Source: Squalus acanthias (Eukaryota). Taken from it: a stretch of DNA of 64,000 nucleotides. The notes beneath the pieces were generated by a model, which saw only the letters and a list, made by a program, of their open reading frames with translations, had not been told where the DNA came from and did no database searches. A program made the position numbers and the translations under genes. Below, piece by piece: positions 13,040 to 25,554 of this stretch. Position 1 is the first letter of the stretch; every line of letters begins with the position of its first letter. The stretch is from positions 95,110,001-95,174,000 of the forward strand of contig CM059432.1 of the NCBI GenBank assembly GCA_030390025.1, written 5' to 3'.

Positions 13040-13226
13040 GAGGGCTGGAGAGGAGAACTTGCGGTCCCCCCTGGATAAAGTGGAGAGGAGACGTGAGTGG
13101 CTGCTGGGGACTGAGAGGGCGAGGGATCCCCGCAAAATGAGCATGGTGTCGAGGAGGGAGGTGGCAGAGACCCTCACCGCAACCTCCATGGTCCCACCAT
13201 CAGGGGACCAATGCAGGAAGAAATAT
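13040..13226 (+). pseudogene. Myb/SANT-like DNA-binding domain fragment (Harbinger ORF2/NAIF1-like)
   Basis: LDKVERRREWLLG...REVAETLTATS...SGDQCRKKY fits the Harbinger Myb-like pattern, with conserved Trp positions degenerate. Isolated GC-rich patch in AT-rich DNA. Confidence 0.6.
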
Positions 13227-13441
13227 CAGTTTACTTTATGAATGTGGAAGTCCTAAGAACTAATGAGTAATGACATAACAAATAAGTGAGGAAGATCTTC
13301 CCTGTGAGTAGAATAAACTGGGCATTCCTCTGATTCCCAGGTGCGGGATACATGTGTTTGCAATAATTAATGTGCATTTAGGTTTTGGTTTTTTTGTTTC
13401 ACATGGATTTTTAAACGTATCTCTTCTTTATCTGTTCCTAG

Positions 13442-13461
13442 ATGGGTCTGATGATTTGCTT
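13442..13461 (+). other. Candidate micro-exon (20 nt)
   Basis: Polypyrimidine tract + TAG acceptor and GTAAGT donor, in non-repeat DNA. Confidence 0.3.
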
Positions 13462-14329
13462 GTAAGTACATCTTTTAGGGATGTAATACTAAATGCATTG
13501 GGTCTTCTTGGTGCCAAGTATTACTACTTTGACAAGTGCGTTATAGACCATGTGAATATTTAGCTCTGTCACTCCATACACAGACAAAATATTGCAAAAT
13601 GCAGCCAAATTTACCCTCGACAATTATACAATCAGAAATGTCACTATTTCCACATCAGTTCTTACAACAGGCCTTAACATATTGTTGCATCATTGCAAAG
13701 CACCAGAACATGGCAGATTTACAGCAGTAATTGGAGAAGGACAAATTATTCCGGTCATGATATTAGGATAATTTTTAATATCATACTGGAGAGTGATAGC
13801 TGCTTATCTCACTCAATTTAGCTTAGTTCTGGCTGCATAACTAACATTTTTATTTTCAAGTTACATGTTATTGTACAAGGAAGGTACAACTGTGCAATTC
13901 ACAAGGTCTCTCCTCCCACTCACTTCATTAGGAAACAGAATGTTCCAAGGTTTTAAATTAACACTGGTTCACTAGACAGGGACCAGTACATTTGGCAGGA
14001 GACCAGCAAGAGTGGGAATGTGATTGGCCTGATGGACCAACAAAAATACTCCGACACACATATGTTCTTTTGTGCAAAACAAGTTGCCTATACAAGATTT
14101 TAACACGCTATCTCCAATACCTGTCTACGTATTAAGTTTGGTAAATCGAATGTTCTACTATGTTGATGGACCGGTTGTTTTTGTTGTAAACCACTGATTT
14201 TTGTCAGCTGTTTTTGGTTTGAAGGCAGTTTTACCTTTAGGGAATGTTGTCGAAGGCAGACATTTCGTTCTCTCGCTGTCAACAAACCTCCCAAATATAA
14301 ATGACCTGACTTCTGGAGCTCTGATAGTA

Positions 14330-15070
14330 TCATAAGAACATAAGAACATAAGACGTAGGAGCAGGAATAGGTCATTTGACCCCTCGAGCCAGCTCCACCA
14401 TTCAATTAGATCATGGCTGATCTGATCTTGGCCTCAACTCCACTTCCCTGCCCACTCCCCATAGCCCTTGACTCCCTTACCTTTCAAAAATCTGTCTATC
14501 TCCACCTTAAATATATTCAATGACCCAGCCTCCACAGCTCTCTGGGGAAGAGAATTCCAAAGATTCACGACCCTCTGAGAGAAGAAATTCCTCCTCATTT
14601 CCGATTTAAAAGGGTGCCCCCTTATTCTGAAATTATGCCCCCTAGTTCTAGATTCCCCCACGAGGGAAAACATCCTCTCTGCATCTACCCTGTCAAGCCC
14701 CTTCAGAATCTTATATGTTTCAGTAAGATCCCCTCTCATTCTTCTAAACTCCAATGAGTATAGGCCCAACCTGCTCAACCTTTCTTCATAAGACAACCCC
14801 TTCATCTCCGGAATCAACCTCGTGAACCTTCTCTGAACTGCCTCCAATGCAAGTATATCCTTCCTTAAATAAGGAGACCAAAACTGTATGCAGTACTTCA
14901 GGTGTGGTCTCACCAACGCCCTGTACAGTTGTAACAGGACTTCCCTACTTTTATACTCCATTCCCTTTGCAATAAAGGCCAACAATCCATTTGCCTTCCT
15001 AATTACTTGCTGTACCTGCATGCTAACATTTTGTGATTCATGTACAAGGACCCCCAGATCCCTCTGTAGC
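14330..15070 (-). mobile_element. CR1 LINE 3' fragment
   Basis: ORF 14434-15021 is the RT C-terminus; (CATAAGAA)n tail. Confidence 0.9.
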
Positions 15071-15299
15071 TCAGCATAGACATAGAATGTTTGGGGTTTT
15101 GCAATATGATGTCAGTTTAGATGTCTCCTTTTCTAGCCAGCTAAATGGGTCTCTATCTTACAAATATGCCTCTAAGAGACTTTCAGAAAGAATGGGCAGC
15201 AAATTGTAGACAGTGGCACGTGGAGGTTGCAGGTCTCTATATGAGTGTCCCTCTTTGGGGATCCGATTAATAAGGTAAAAGTGCCATTACTATCTCATG

Positions 15300-16985
15300 A
15301 CTCAGTCATCCTTATTTCACACCATAGTGTTCCAATGGCATCTTAAGCACCCGATCCTAGATGGACTCCCATCTTCAATTATTCATTCTTATACTAGTCA
15401 TCCACTGCCAGACATTGCTTGACAAACTTCAAACTATGCCATTGCTTTCTTCTCTGACCTATTAATCTGCAGTCATCCTGGAGAGGAAGATCAACCCCAA
15501 ATTTCTAGTTTTCCACCACAAGCCATCTCCTTTAACCTTCCTCCCTTACAACCTCCATCCTTTACCTCCTCTGCTCCCTCACACCCCCAAACCTCATCCT
15601 CATCCCAACTCAGCTCCCTCTCCTTTACACTCTGCATCTCATCAAATGCATCTCCTTTCTGAAAACCACAACCTGCTCCCTTGATCCCTCTAATGACCTA
15701 GATTCTGACTACCCAACTTCACCCTCTTGTCCCCTTCTTGTTAATGGTATCACCCTCTTGTTACCCTTTAGCATCGTCCCCACCCATTTTAAAACTACCC
15801 TCAGCACCCCCAATTCTAAAAGAGCCCATCCCAACCCCTCTATTTTTCAAACTACAACCCTTTTTCCGACCTACCCTATCTCTTCAAGTTGCTTGAACAT
15901 ATAATTTCCAACCAAATACATACTTACCTACCTTGTGATTCTTTTTTTTAGTCCCTACAATCTGATTTTGAACCCCAGCGTCAAAGTCCAACTGTGACCA
16001 CAGATTCTTGTTCATCCTCCTTAACCTCTCTGCTACCTTTGACACTGTTAACCACTCCATTTATATCCTCCTATGCTAGTATGAACACCATTAATGTGCT
16101 CTCGGGCTACATCTTTGGCCCCTTCCTGTTCATCATTTACATGCTGACCCTTGACAGCATCTTTCCCAAGCATGGACTCAGCTTCCACAGGTAGGTGATA
16201 ACATAAAATCTACCTCTCTATTGACTCCAAGGCTGTCATTATAGTTTACAACTGCCTGTATAACATTAGTCCCGATAAGATGAAACTTCCTCAACCTAAA
16301 CAATGGCAAAGCCAAGGCCACCCTCTTCATCTCCCATCGGCATATACATATCTTTGGATCTGACTTCATCAACCTCTCAGACTGCTCTCTCAGGCTAGTT
16401 ATGATGGTGCATAACCTTGCCATCCTGTCTACCCAAGCTAAGCTTTTTACTCCACATCAGACCCATTGCTAAGACCAGCTTTTTCCATTCCAGAACATTA
16501 TTAATTTATGCCCCTGCTTCTCCTCCACTTGTGCCAAACCCTAATCCTCACATTCATCACTTTGAGTGTCAATTTCCCAAATGCTCTCCTCACATGCCTC
16601 CCTGCTTCCACCTTTCACAACTCCATGACTTGTGTCATCTCCTGCACATAGTCATCAAACCCTGTTCTTGCCTAACGCTACTGGTTATCATCTTCAAGAT
16701 CTTCATCCTCATTTTCAGCTTTCCCCATTGCCTTGCTCCACCCAATTTGAGTGATTTCCTCCAGCTATATGTCTCTGTCAAAATCCTCTACTCTTCTGAT
16801 TCCAGACTACTGCTTGTTCACTGCTCCCTCTGCCTTACCATGGGAGGTCTATCCTTCAGCTACGATACCCATGGTCTCTGGAACTCACTTCAAAAATGAC
16901 TTTGTCATACTACTTCCCTCACTGCCTTCAAAAACCTCTGAAAAAACTATTGTCTTCAATTGTACCTTTGGCTCCCCTCACCTTC
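15300..16985 (+). mobile_element. Highly degenerate L2-clade LINE
   Basis: LLNLSATFDTVNH (L2 LDLSAAFDTVDH) near 16015; GPFLFIIYM; WNSL near the 3' end; pyrimidine-rich sense strand. Confidence 0.65.
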
Positions 16986-17550
16986 CTGTCACAAGTCAAG
17001 AATCATGATTAGATCATTTATCTATTTGAATACTTTGAAAGCTGAAATGCTCAGAGTGAATTAACATTAAGAAAACCTGCACTCCTTTCAAAGAAGCATT
17101 TAGTATATGGCAATGATATCTGAGGATCTTATATAAGTGAATAATTTAAAGGTTCATATTCTAAAATATTTACTTGCTGAGCAATTTTCTTTTTGTGCTT
17201 TGGTGTCAATCTATGTTTAGCTTTCTAAGCTTTAGAACCATTTTTTAAAATATAGTTATTTCTTCAACAGAGCTGAATTCAAATGTCAGTACATTAGCAT
17301 TCATAGCAAGTATTTGGTGTACGATTTACACACAGAAGGCAATAAAAGGTGAGCCGCATTGATAACTGAAGATAAATTTGCTTCTTGGGTGATCATCCCA
17401 TTTTACAGGCAGGGTAGGTCACGAAGGTGAAGTGGAAAGCTTATTATCTATGGCATTTTAATGATAAATACACTTTTAATAGAGATTAAGATAAAGTGGT
17501 AATATATTTATGTACTATCATTTCTCATTTTGTCATTTTATACCTGCCAG

Positions 17551-17602
17551 AGAGAAACTTGCTGTACCTGCAGCTATTTTGACAGTAAATATCAAAAGAA
17601 TT
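17551..17602 (+). other. Candidate exon (52 nt)
   Basis: T-rich tract + CCAG acceptor, GTGAGT donor; phase-compatible with the 13442 and 18954 candidates. Confidence 0.3.
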
Positions 17603-17810
17603 GTGAGTGTGTAGTTCAGCCCTACAAATATCTCATGAGTGACAAAGCCTACATTAGAAAGTAACTACAGTATATCATGATTTCCTCCATTATGTTTTTC
17701 TATGTAAGTTCACGTTAAATGATAACGGAAAATTGGATTCTTTCATTTGGGATATAGGTGATGCTGGTGAGGCTGCATTTATTGCCCATCCCTAGTCACT
17801 CTGAAAGGTG

Positions 17811-18120
17811 AGAAGTCGCACAACACCAGGTTATAGTCCAACAGATTTATTTAAAATTACAAGCTTTCGGAGCTGTCGCCCCTTCCTCAGGTAAAGTTAC
17901 AATGAGTGAATCTACAATATTTCACAGTATATAAACACAGAAACTGCAGAGAAACAATCTTTCAGGGAAGGTGTCCTTACATCAAAGACACACCAAGAGC
18001 ACAGCCAAGACAATGAGATGTGTCACAGGGGGTCCAACGTGTCAAATCCTGCTGTCTGCAGTTTTTTTTTGGTGTTTTTTTTTGTGTTTGTTTTTTTTGT
18101 GTTTTTTTTAATAAAAACTG
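17811..18120 (-). mobile_element. PLE family P2 pLTR fragment
   Basis: Homologous to 50001-50312; GAAAGGTG duplicated at 17803-17810 and 18121-18128. Confidence 0.8.
17858..17893 (-). ncRNA. Minimal hammerhead ribozyme motif
   Basis: UAC-CUGAGGA-A-GGGGC(GACA)GCUCC-GAAA-GC-UU-GUA. Confidence 0.72.
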
Positions 18121-18953
18121 GAAAGGTGGTGATGATCTTCTTGAACTGCTACAGTGCTTAGGTTGATGGTGCTTAATTGTAGCAATTGTTTGTATATCTA
18201 AGTGGCTTGCCAGGCCACTTCAAATGGCATTAAGATTCAATCATGTAGTCACATGTAGGCCAGACTAGGTAGAGGTCTAGCCTAGATTAAGCACCTTGGG
18301 ACATTTTACTACGTTAAATGTGCTACATTAATGCGAGCTGTTGTTGTTGAGGTGGCAAGTTTCTTTTCCTGAGGCCATTAGTGAACCAATTGGGTTTTTA
18401 CAACAAACTGCAACCTTCATGGTCATTTTTTTCTGTGCCAACCCACAAATGTCCAGATTTATTGACTGCAGTTTTATAACATGGATTTGAACTCAGAACC
18501 TCGAAGTTGCTCGTACCATAACCACTACATCGGTATACTTCATTTCTTTAGCTCCTCACTCTTGCCCCAAGATGATAGAATGGTCTAAGTCACTTCCTGT
18601 TCCTTTCTTCATAATGATAAATAAATTAAACAAAACAAAAAAAAGTAAAAACATGTATTTTCCAGTTATACTATTAGATAAGTATTAGGAATAAAGTTGC
18701 TGTCACTCTTTATTTCTTTGGTTTAATGAATATTTCATCTGTTATTAACATTAGTAAATCTACACCTAAAATATAGTTTTGAAACCAAAAACAAAATGCT
18801 GACTTTTTGGAGTTTGAAAGGATTAAGGATTACTCTGGTTAATGAGTCCTTTCTCCCTCCTTCCTTTCTTGTTCCTCTGGGATCGGTATAATAATTTATT
18901 CCCCACACTCTGGGCTGGAATGCTGTATGTGCTTTCTTATCTCTACATTTCAG

Positions 18954-18985
18954 GCTTCATTTGCGATGGTACTACTCATTTACGG
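18954..18985 (+). other. Candidate exon (32 nt)
   Basis: TTTCTTATCTCTACATTTCAG acceptor; CGG|GTAAGA donor. Confidence 0.35.
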
Positions 18986-19104
18986 GTAAGAATTCTTCTT
19001 TGGAAGTGTTGATAAGATGTTAGCAGAAAAATTGTCTTTTGGTAAATCAAAATAACTGCTCTCCAAATGCCTATTTGTTGCTGGGAAAGTGGGAAACTTA
19101 GTAG

Positions 19105-19370
19105 AAAGAATGGCGTTTACATAGCACATTATTATATCTGTCAGAAACATCTCAAAGCGCATCACATACAATGAGTGACTTTTTGAAGTACAGTAACTAT
19201 TGTTATATGGGCAAACATGGTGGCCATTATGTGCAAAGCAAGATCCCACAAAAAACAATTAGATGAATACATAATTAATCAATTTTTGGTAGTGCTGGTT
19301 GAGGTTACAAGATTGACCAGGACAAGCGGAGAGTTCCCTGATTTTCTTCAAATAATGCCATAGGATTTTT
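19105..19370 (-). mobile_element. Degenerate Deu-domain SINE
   Basis: Reverse complement is similar to the 3' two-thirds of 31887-32310. Confidence 0.6.
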
Positions 19371-19723
19371 TTTTTTTAAATTCTTTTTATTTACCTCCTA
19401 CAATTTTAGTTTTCATCAAGGTGCGGGATATCAGTGCTGGGGAATGGTATTTCTCCCATTTCAAGCAACCACTGTCAGCATCAAGCACTCCCGTGTCAGG
19501 TATAGCACAGTCAGATGCAGGATAATTAGCTCACTCTTCTCGGCCCCCAAGACATGCTTCAGTCCCAACCTCAGAAGAGCATCTGCACTGTATAATATTT
19601 CCCCACACCAGCCATCCTCTGGCTTTCTGAGTAAGATTGTCAATTTGACCAAATTAGAGATCATTTTGAATGTAAATCCATGCCCATTAGGAACTAAATT
19701 GAGATAGGGTCTCATTTTAATCT

Positions 19724-20760
19724 GGAAATACTTAGCAGGTCAGGCAACAGCAGTGGCGAGAGAAACAGAGTTAACGTTTCAGGTCTATGACCCTTTGGCA
19801 GACCCATTTCTGACGAAGGGTCATCGACCTGAAACACTGGGGGGAATTTTTCCAGCCCTGGGGAGGCGGGTATGGAGGCGGGACTGCCGGGAAAATGGCA
19901 GAAACTGGGAGCGGGTACCGACCCCGCTCCCAACCCGCCTCCGTGCCAACTTCCCGGGAGGCGGGTCCCCGACTTGCGCAGGGACCCGTCTCCTCAAGGC
20001 GGGAAGGGGATTAGAGCCAATTAACTGCCTGTTAACAGGTAGGGGCTTATCCCCATTTTACCCCTGCAAGTGTGGGCTTCCCGACGGCTGCGAACCTCGC
20101 CAGGGTCAGCGAGGCGAGCAGTGGGTCTGCGGGGGTAAGAGGGATCGAAAAGTCCGCTGTAGAGACGAGTGATGGGTGCAAGTGTGGAGAGGTAAGTATG
20201 AGAGGTGAGTGTAAAGTGTTGGAAAAAGTTTCCTTACCTTTGCTTCTTCCTGCAGGCTTCAACCCTTGGGGATCCGGAGGTGTCTCATCTCAACGGCAGA
20301 GATGACAGAATGACTGCTGCATTCTCAGATGCTTTCTGCTGAGGAGAGAGGTTTTGGTGAGCCTTCAGTACAGGGGCTCACCTTAGAAAAGAGATTGTCA
20401 GTGTTTGACAGCTTCTCAAAGCTGTCGAACTCTGACAATTCATCTGTCAAAAAATTTTCGACAGATGAAATGTCACACGCTGACGTCCTCTGTCACCGGC
20501 TTTCCCTTAATTGGCTGGCAAGCCCGCAGGGCGGGCTTAACAAGGTCAATCAAGGGAAAGTAGCATGGGTTGGCCAGACGTTGCTGGGGGCGGGACTGAA
20601 ACCCGACAACCAGCAGTCCCGCCCTCAATGCGCCCCCATTGACAAAATCCAGCTCATTAACTCTGTTTCTCTCTCCACAGATGCTGCCTGACCTGCTGAG
20701 TATTTCCAGCATTTTCTGTTTTTATTTCAGATTTCCAGCATCCACAGTATTTTGCTTTTG
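19724..20760. mobile_element. PLE family P1 inverted-repeat remnant interrupted by a MITE
   Basis: Same arms and tail as 313-548; GTCTCATTTTAATCT duplicated at 19709-19723 and 20760-20774; CTGACGA...GAAA core at 19810-19834. Confidence 0.8.
19839..20655. mobile_element. Harbinger-type MITE (family D)
   Basis: Ends GGGGGGAATTTT / AAAATCCAGCTC; TSD ACT/ATT. Confidence 0.78.
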
Positions 20761-21558
20761 TCTCATTTTAATCTCTCATCTGAACAACAGTACATCTGAC
20801 AATGCAGCACTCCCTCAGTACTGCATTGAAGTGTAGGCCAGACTTGTTTGTGCAATGGATCTTCACTTTAAAATTAATAGTGGGATAACTCTCTAGAGAG
20901 CAATAATACAATAAATGTTGGCATAGGACCCATACAGAATCATAAAGATCCTTCACCAATTCAGGATATTTTGCATAAATGCACAACACTGTGGCGCTGA
21001 AGAACAAATCTTCATCCTTTGCAATAATCACTTGCTAGAAATTGCTGCTGATTTACCTCGTTTCTTTTCCTGTCAGCATCTCTCTCTTCCCTGTGCATTT
21101 AATATTTGTGTCCTGGAAGCTGGAACTTTTTTAAATGATTTAGAATCCTAGATGAAGGGCCAAGGCTCATGTGTATGACATTGCCAAGGTTGAAAAGAGA
21201 AGAGAATAAAAAATAAATCAAGAAGTGGTGGTTAAGTGATGCCAACCTTGAGTTTTAAAAGCCCATAGATTACAGGAGGAAGGAAAGAGTAAGGGATAGA
21301 ATGAAAATTTTCTCTTCTAAGGAGGACTGAAAAACAGCTGGTCAGCGGTAATATCATTATAATAGGTAAGCATGGGTGGTATAACGGAATATTCTAGCAG
21401 ACAAAAGATGAGCTGCATAGAGGCCCCATTTTGGATTCTTGTGGCCAGGTCTGAAGCTCATTATGAGGTGAACAGTGATTGAATTGCACTTGACCTTCAT
21501 CCACTCTCTTTCTTCTCTTGGCTTTCTTTCTTCTGTCTTTTTTTCTCTATCCTTTTAG

Positions 21559-21674
21559 AACTACACAGTTAGGAAAATTAGGTAGAAGTGTTGTCAAACT
21601 AATTGTACAGGACTGCAGGAATGATCCTTGTCTATTGTGCAGTGGAACTGTACAATTTTAGGCTATGCATTTGA
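21559..21674 (+). other. Candidate exon (116 nt; stops in all three frames if used whole)
   Basis: Very long pyrimidine tract + TAG acceptor; GTAAGT donor immediately before a LINE poly(T). Confidence 0.3.
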
Positions 21675-21679
21675 GTAAG

Positions 21680-24450
21680 TTTTTTTTATTCGTTCATGGG
21701 ATGTGGGCATCGCTGGCAAGGCCAGCATTTATTGCCCATCCCTAACTGCCCTTGAGAAGGTGGTGGTGAGCCGCCTTCTTGAACCGCTGCAGTCCGTGTG
21801 GTGAAGATACTCCCATAGTGCTGTTAAGGAGGGAGTTCCAGGATTTTGACCCAGCAACGATGATATATTTCCAAGTCAGGATGGTGTGTGACTTGGACCG
21901 GAACTTGGAGGTGGTGATGTTCCCATGCGCCTGCTGCCCTTGTCCTTCTAGGTGGAAGAGGTCGCGGGTTTGGGAAGTGCTGTCGAAGAAGCCTTGGTGA
22001 GTTGCTGCAGTGCATCTTGTAGATGGTACACACTGCAGCCACGGTGAGCCAGTGGTGAAGGAAGTGAATGTTTAAGGTGGTGGATGGGGTGCCAATCATG
22101 AGGGCTGCATTGCCCTGGATGGTATCGAGCTTCTTGGGTGTTGTTGGAGCTGCACTCATCCAGGCAAGTGGAGAGTATTCCATCACACTCCTGACTTGTG
22201 CCTTGTAGATGGTGGCAAGGCTTTGGGGAGTCAGGAGGTGAATCACTCTCTGCAGAATAACCAGCCTCTGGCCTGCTCTTGTAGCCACAGTATTTATGTG
22301 GCTGGTCCAGTTAAATTTCTGTGCAATGGTGACCCCAAGGATGTTGATGGTGGGGGATTCGGCGATGGTAATGCCGTTGAATATCAAGGGGTGGTGGTTA
22401 GACTCTCTCTTGTTGGAGATAGTCATTGCCTGGCACTTGTGTGGCGCGAATGTTACTTGCCACTTATCAGCGCAAGCCTGAATGTCGTTCAGGTCTTGCT
22501 GCATGCGGGCATGGACTGCTTCATTATCTGAGGAGTTGTGAATGGAACTTAACACTGTAAAATCTTCAGCAAACATCCCCACTTCTGATCTTATGATGGA
22601 GGGAAGGTCATTGATGAAGCAGCTGAAGATGGTTGGGCCTAGGACACTGCCCTGATGAACTTCTGCAGCGATGTCCTGGGGCTGAGATGATTTGCCTCCA
22701 AGAAACACAGCCATCTTCCTTTGTGCTAGGTATGACTCCAGTGGAGCGTTTTCCCCCTGATTCCCATTGACTTCAATTTTACTAGGGCTCCTTGATGCCA
22801 CACTCCGTCAAATGCTGCCTTGATGTCAAGGGGCAGTCACTCTCACCTCACCTCTGGAATTCAGCTTTTTTTTCCAAGTTTGGACCAAGGCTGTAATGAG
22901 GTCTGGAGCTGAGTGGTCCCAGCGGAACCCAAACTGAGCATCGGTGAGCTGGCTATTGGTGAGTAAGTGCCGCTTGATAGCACTGTCAACGACACCTTCC
23001 ATGACTTTGCTGATGATTGAGAGTAGACTGATGGGGCGGTAATTGGCCGGATTGGATTTGTCTTGCTTTTTTTGGACAGGGCATACCTGGACAATTTTCC
23101 ACATTGTCGGGTAGATGTCAGTGTTGAATCTGTACTGGGACAACTTAGATAGAGGTGCGGCCAGTTCTGGAGCACATGTCTTCAGCACGACAGCTGGAAT
23201 GTTGTCAGGGCCCATAACCTTTGCTGTATCCAGTGCGCTCAGCCATTTCTTGATTTCATGTGGAGTGAATCGAATTGGCTGAAGACTGGCTTCTGTGATT
23301 GTGGGGACCTCAGGAGGAGGCTGAGAAAGGTCATCCACTCAGCACTTCTGGCTGAAGAAAGTTGCAAATGCTTCAACCTTGTCTTTTGCGCTCACGTGCT
23401 GGGCTCTACCATCATTGAGGATGGGGATAGTCACGGAGCCTCCTCCTCCCGTTAGTTGTTTTATTGTCTACCACCATTCACAACTGGATGTAGCACAACT
23501 GCAGAACTTTGATCTGATCCGTTGATTGTGGGATCGCTTAGCCCTGTCTATAGCATGCTGCTTCTGCTGTTTAGCATGCATGTAGTCCTGTGTTGTAGCT
23601 TCACCAGGTTGGCACCTCATTTTTAGGTATGTCTGGTGCTGCTCCTGGCATGCTCTTCTACACTCTTCATTGAACCAGGGTTGGTCCCCTGGCTTGATGG
23701 TAATGGTAGAGTGAGGGATATGCCGGGCCATGAGGTACAGATTGTGGTGGAATACAATTCTGCTGCTGCTGATGGCCCACAGCGCCTCATGCATGCCCAG
23801 CTTTGAGCTGCTATATCTGTTCTGAATCTATCCCATTTAGCATGGTGGTAGTGTCACACAACACGATGGAGGGTGTCTTCAGTGGGGAGATGGGGCATAG
23901 TCTCCACAAGGACTGTGCGATGGTCACTTCTACCATACTGTCATGGACAGATGCCTCTGCGATAGATAGATTTGTGAGGATGAGGTCAAGTAGCTTTTTC
24001 CCTTGTGTTAGTTCTCTCACCACCTGCTGCAGGCCCCGTCTGGCAGATATGTCCTTTAGGACTCAGTCAGCTCAGTCAGTAGTGGTGCTACTGAGCCACT
24101 CTTGGTGATGGACATTGAAGTCCCCTACCCAGAGTATGTTCTGTGCCCTTGCTAACCTCAGTGCTTCTTCCAAGTGGTGTTCAACATGGAAGAGCACTGA
24201 TTCATCAGCTGAGGGAGGGCGGTAGGTGGTAATCAGCAGATTTCCTTGCCCATGTTTGACCCGATGCCATGAGACTTCATAGCGTCTGAAGTCAATGTTG
24301 AGGACTCCCAGGGCCACTCCCTCCTGACTGTGTACCACTGTGCCATCACCTCTGATGGGTCTTTCCTGCCGGTGGGACAGGACATACCCAGGGATAGTAA
24401 TGGAGGGATCTGAGGTGTTGGCTGAAAGGTATGATTCTGTGAGTATGACT
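21680..24450 (-). mobile_element. CR1-group LINE (tRNA-headed family), 5'-truncated, frameshifted EN-RT
   Basis: TYRPPS/VGDFNVHH (24072-24338), NYRPISLL/QFGFR (22826-23338), QGSVLGP/FAED (21824-22801); poly(A) end. Confidence 0.88.
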
Positions 24451-24860
24451 GAGGGAGTTTTCCCTTTGTGATGAGTTATCTTGTGCTCTCTGTGAGTGAG
24501 ATTGCTAATACAGTATCAATTTGTACAGAATTATGGGGACTTTTATTTTACTGCAAGCTTGCACCTATTAGGAACTGGACTGAGATTGTTCAAACTCACT
24601 ACGTGTAGAGAGGAGAGAGTTTCAACCTATCAATTTGTGCTGGATTCTAACCAAGGTCACAGAGGTGAAATATCTGTGAGCTAATCTCCTTCCTGCCCTG
24701 TGCCAAAATGGAACTAAATTGGGAGTGGTTGAGGTAGACAATAGAGGAATAACTTTCTGAGTTTGCGCATCTGGTAGGGAGCCTCGCTGACTGGGAGTGC
24801 ATATTGGAAATTCAATAAATGACTGGAAAACCAAGCACAACACATAACCAAATTTATAAT

Positions 24861-25516
24861 GGCCCAGATTTTGCGGTCAGTGGTGAACGTTCATTACACT
24901 TCCAGTTGCTCACCGACTTTCTGTGAGCTTTTGCACTGTGACTTGGCATTTATTAGTGTCAAAACAGCGCAGCGCCTTCTACAGGGGATCTGAGACCTGT
25001 GTGAACAGGGAAAGCAACGGTGTGTCTCCTCAACCAATCAGATTGAAGAATCCTCACTGAGACACACAGGGCTGTATTTTCAATGACCCGTGGGGTCGGG
25101 TTTGGAGGCGTGTGGGGGGTTAAAATTTCAGATTCGCGGGTCCCGACCCCATCCCGACTCCAACCCGCCTCCACGCAATTTTGACAAAATCGGTCGCGGG
25201 GTTCCCGACTCCGTCCCGCCTCCAAGAGGCAGGAGAGGCCATTAAAGCCCTTAACAAGCCCTAAATTGGCTCTGTAATGCCATTTTGAAACGTTTTAGCT
25301 AGTTTAACCCTTTTCCGACGTGAAGTACGCCTGATGTGAAACACGCCAGTGAAACCTGGCGGGAGCACAGTGGATAGCTGACTATCAGCTGCAGGTCCAC
25401 TATTACAACGGAGATGTGATGAAGGTAGTAGTAGTATTAGGTCTGAAAGTTGCCTCTGATGCTGCTGCATTGAATGTCTTCAGAGACTGCCTGGGAGGAC
25501 TTGGTTGCAAAAAAAT

Positions 25517-25554
<38 letters not shown>

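Larger units (their letters stand above)
17737..18535 (-). mobile_element. tRNA-headed SINE sharing both ends with the LINE at 44677-46883
   Basis: Head GTAGTGGTTATG...GAGTTCAAATCC, body homologous to 44760-45060, joined directly to the LINE 3' tail (CAGTTCAAGAAG...GCAATAAATG). Interrupted by a PLE and a short Deu-SINE tail. Confidence 0.65.
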
